The position numbers and the translations under genes are program-made. Under the pieces are notes generated by a model, which searched no databases, was not told the origin of the DNA, and saw only the letters and a list, made by a program, of their open reading frames with translations. Source: Balanoglossus misakiensis (lineage: Eukaryota > Animalia > Hemichordata). Taken from it: DNA of 64,000 nt. Below are positions 61,770 to 64,000 of the stretch, in pieces. Each line of letters opens with the position of its first letter. Position 1 is the stretch's first letter. The stretch is taken from the NCBI GenBank assembly GCA_040954595.2, contig CM082589.2:648988-712987 (forward strand), written 5' to 3'.

Positions 61770-64000
61770 GCTGGGGTGGCTAGCTCATCCCGGCGCTTTC
61801 ACGGTTTGCAACAGGTAGCTGTGACACAACTGACTGGTTCCTTCCCTGTAAATAAGACCAAACAAACTTAATCAATACCCGCGGCCTGTATTGATTCGGT
61901 TCTTGTGAAGCGATGTAAGCTTCTTCCAAATCCCAGGAGTGGCAACGCACAATGCTTACAGAAATATGCGTCCTACCTGCAAACAAGCCCGGCTGTTAAG
62001 CCATCAAGTTTTGATCTACACTGCAATGTTGTCAGTCTATTAAAATGCCCACCCACAAATACCACAGTAACCAAGGCATTCCTTGAAGAGATAGACGCGC
62101 TTAATAATGCAACGGATGTTCAAACAGCGATAACCAATGCTGGCCTACGTTCGATCCACTCATGTCTAATGCATGTCATGTCAGAGAAGGGTTTTAATAT
62201 ACTCCTCTGACTTATTTAGGTTGCTACGTCATTTTATTTGTATTCAAGTAGCTGGCAATCAAAGACTGCAGGGTCAAGCCTTGTATATCAGCTCGATTCA
62301 AGCAACATAAATTAGTCGGCGTGGCCTTTGGGACTAAAGATCGACAATTGCGGTCAAAATAATCATTTATCACAAAAGGTATACTGAGTCGGTTGTTGTA
62401 TACGCACCTGTTGTGTGCTTTGTTTGATCCTACGTTTCAAGAAATACACCAACAATCATTCTAATTCGATTTGTGTCTCGTTAAGTTTCCCTCCGAGAAA
62501 AATGTGAAAACTCTGCATCAAAGAAATATGATATATTTGAACGATACTCGACCTCCTAAAGAGTTGAATAGTGCAATGAAAATATTTTTCATCAATATTA
62601 GTTGGATCAGTTTGCAAGTGAAAGTTGAGGCTCTTTCACACAGACAGTGGACTGACTGATTGCGATATCTACTTACAAGTTTTCGCATCAACTTTATCTT
62701 GGGTCCGTTTTAGCCAGTAGACTTAGTATGCACTGCAGGTAACTTCCGAGTCCTTCACTTGAAATTTGCAATAATAATCCAGCACTTACGAACTGTCCTC
62801 GTTGCCCTTGGAAGAATATTGTCAAATTAAATTTATGGAATACAAATTTTCCAGTAGTGTTTCTGCTCCAAGGTGTATGAACTTATTGTCTAATAGTTTC
62901 ATCAGTTTTGCAGTTGAGCAAATAGCCAATTAACGAACCATCGGTATTCCCGACGCCTAGTTTAATGACTTCATTATGGTGTAAAGATCCTGATCATTCT
63001 ATTGAGATGCAGATTATCTATTACAAGTTCGGTGATGCGTCCCTCCAGGCCTTGTACATGACAAAAGGATCTTGTGTTCTTATTCTGTCAGCTCTGTTCA
63101 AGCGTAAGGGCTCCTTAGCAACCATTGTCATGAGATGAATTTAGTGCCACGTGAACATTAACCCCATCCAATCATATCCTCTGGCCCAACAACATTACTT
63201 TTTATGTTACAAGGCCCTTATTATCTTGTATGTTTATCACCATATAATACAAGTAGACGGCGTACTTTTTCATATACGCTCAATGCACTAGGGGCTGCTC
63301 TCCCCGCCCAGTCACCATGCGCCAGGCGCCAGGGAACTATTTACAGAAAGCGGGCTTGTCAAAGTGTTTGTAACAAACTAATTTGATAAATCAGTAAACA
63401 GAGGCATTGTAATAGCATATAACACAAGCATGCATCGATCGTCACACTTTCTGTCAATTTGTAAATTGTTCGCAAACGATGATTGCTTACCCGTACTCAG
63501 AGAGTCGAGGGATCTATTCTTTCAGTCGTATAGACGCTGGAACGAGTGAAAACGCACGTACAGAGAGACTGCTGTACGATTCATGAAGACAGTGTGTTGA
63601 CGTTTATGGGTGCAAAGTTGAATTTCATGAGAGATTCATTGCCCTACATTGCACTATTTTAAAGGTCATACTAAACAGGGCATTATCAAACCACGTGGGA
63701 TCCTTCGTATTATGCATGTCTTCGAAGAAAATGACCAATATCAGTCTATCAAACGGGCCGAAAACCAATTCAATGCATTCAGTGGAAAGTAATTAAGTTT
63801 TGCCAACGTGTCTTCTTCGTTGGCGACGTTCGTGTTAGTTTCAAAAGTAAACTGAGAGGGCGCTGGCACAGGGAACTTAGGCTTACGTTGTAACCGAGTT
63901 CATGCGCAATCTCCGTCAGCGGAAGCAGCATTTTTGGTATCCTGTTTAGAACAACATTTGTTTTAAGACGGGATTTAGGAAAACAAAGTTACCCAAGAAG

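Overview
Eukaryotic, AT-rich, intron-containing genomic DNA from an animal. Repeat content and gene structure suggest a marine invertebrate, possibly a deuterostome, but the species cannot be fixed from sequence alone. The left ~30 kb is a gene desert rich in TF motifs and microsatellites, with one candidate spliced non-coding or micro-ORF transcript at ~13.0-16.2 kb (- strand). A complete 9-coding-exon CYRI/FAM49 gene (326 aa, - strand, CDS 33780-36725) follows, with a ~15 kb first intron. It appears to share a head-to-head promoter (~51.7-52.3 kb) with a 7-coding-exon, ~902 aa acidic protein (+ strand, 52770-56852). That protein ends in the RAD51AP1/RAD51AP2 RAD51-interacting motif (RVRPL...RVGLSRKQRVKSLHPY) and looks like RAD51AP2, which was described as vertebrate-specific and neighbours CYRIA in human. 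A convergent 251 aa orphan ORF with an uninterrupted CDS lies at 61014-61769 (-). Two inverted copies of a 315 bp double-hairpin non-autonomous element (Crypton-like) bracket CYRI. CTCF-type and RFX X-box motifs are strikingly frequent. All gene models were assembled by hand from GT-AG sites and reading-frame continuity; no database searches were run.
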